Below are positions 62,997 through 64,000 of a stretch of DNA of 64,000 bases, piece by piece. The DNA is from Thalia democratica (taxonomy: Eukaryota). Made by a program: the position numbers and the translations under genes. The notes beneath the pieces are model-generated. The model did not search any database. It saw only the letters and a list, made by a program, of their open reading frames with translations, and was not told where the DNA came from. Position 1 is the stretch's first letter. Each line of letters starts with the position of its first letter. The stretch covers positions 44,702,001-44,766,000 of the forward strand of contig OZ241826.1 in NCBI GenBank assembly GCA_965202585.1, given 5' to 3'.

Positions 62997-64000
62997 CTCG
63001 GTAGCAGTGAGAGAGAGGTGTTGCAATCAGAGTAGCCGTTTGTTTGATTGTGAATTATAAATATAGTGGGTTTTTTAGTGTTTGTATGTTGTGGTTAATT
63101 TCGATATGTATGTAACTCGTAGTGTACATCATATACTGTGCTCTAATAGTTTTTTTGTTGTTGTGAGCTAGCTTGTCGTATTGTTCGATTTGTTTTTTTT
63201 ATGCCTAAAAGTTTTGTAAAATAATGTATTTTTTTACTACAAGTTTTGTTACATAATTTACTCAAAGCAATTATTAATTAAACTTTTTTTTTGTATTTGC
63301 TATTTATAACTTACTCGTCTTTTTATTATTTTATGCTGTACTGAGTAATTCTTTAATTATATTTTATCATTAAAATATAATTTTATTTCTACTTTTGTTT
63401 TACTTAATTATAACTTTTTATTTTATAAAATTTCATTTATACAAGTATTATTCACGATAAAATTAAATAAGTTGAATCCTGCTTCAAGTTAATAAGATTT
63501 TTTGATTGTTCTGTATATAATTAACTTTTCAATATATTTGGTTTGATTAAAAATATATTAAGTTTAATTGACTGTAATTATTTTGTTCATAATTTTTAAA
63601 CATTAATTTCTATAAAGCAAAAGTTGAAAAAAAATAGTGTAGTTTTAAACCAAGATAAACTTTGTTTTATTTTATTTTTTTTTTATAGGTTTTTTTTTAT
63701 AAATTAAAGTGTGTTTCTCAAATGTTTTATTTTTATAATTAACATTTAATACTGACTAATTTGTTGAAAATAATTTAATGAAAATTTAATTTTGAAAAAT
63801 TAAAAAAGTGATATATTAGGTATTACATATATGACTTATTGTTGTAGATTTATAAAAAAATTATAAGCTTTTGATCATTTGATTTTTTAACTTGTTTAAT
63901 TTTTATACAAGTTTAACATTTCAAAGTTTATATAATTAGTCCTTTTTTTTTTGAAATATTTACCCTAAAAAATATTTTCCATAAAGACTGATTTATTTGT

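Noticed and set aside
62817-63026. Minus-strand 69-aa ORF and plus-strand Arg-rich ORF 62728-62934
   Set aside because: Both are alternate frames of the GC-rich merlin-like exon 62862-62990.

Overview
AT-rich, intron-dense animal genomic DNA. The short introns, mosaic CpG content and domain-shuffled proteases suggest an invertebrate such as a tunicate, but this is inference. I assembled four protein-coding genes by hand, checking splice sites and reading-frame phase. (1) A giant minus-strand mosaic serine protease gene (30878 to <1, about 63 exons, about 3,400 aa in the window, running off the left edge). Its domain order is vWA, 3xFN3, YWTD propeller, EGF-like, 2xLDLa, about 4xMAM, LDLa, CUB-like, LDLa, SRCR, active protease, CUB, unassigned domain, CUB, MAM, LDLa, pseudo-protease. 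(2) A 7-exon cytosolic sulfotransferase (minus strand, 37631-33824). (3) A complete RNA polymerase II second subunit (RPB2/POLR2B, 51304-54849) with no introns in its CDS. (4) A divergent merlin/NF2-like FERM gene (55446 to about 62996) that may stop early. The 38-51 kb interval holds non-autonomous DNA transposons: a composite hAT element with an 8-bp TSD, TTAA/GG Kolobok-like foldback elements and a CAGGGTTGCCA-ended family. It also holds decayed hammerhead-like repeats. The best leads are the protease architecture, its Gly189/Asp226 specificity pocket, the intronless RPB2, the truncated merlin-like protein and an unusually high rate of GTT and GC splice donors. No database searches were run; homology calls come from recognised motifs.
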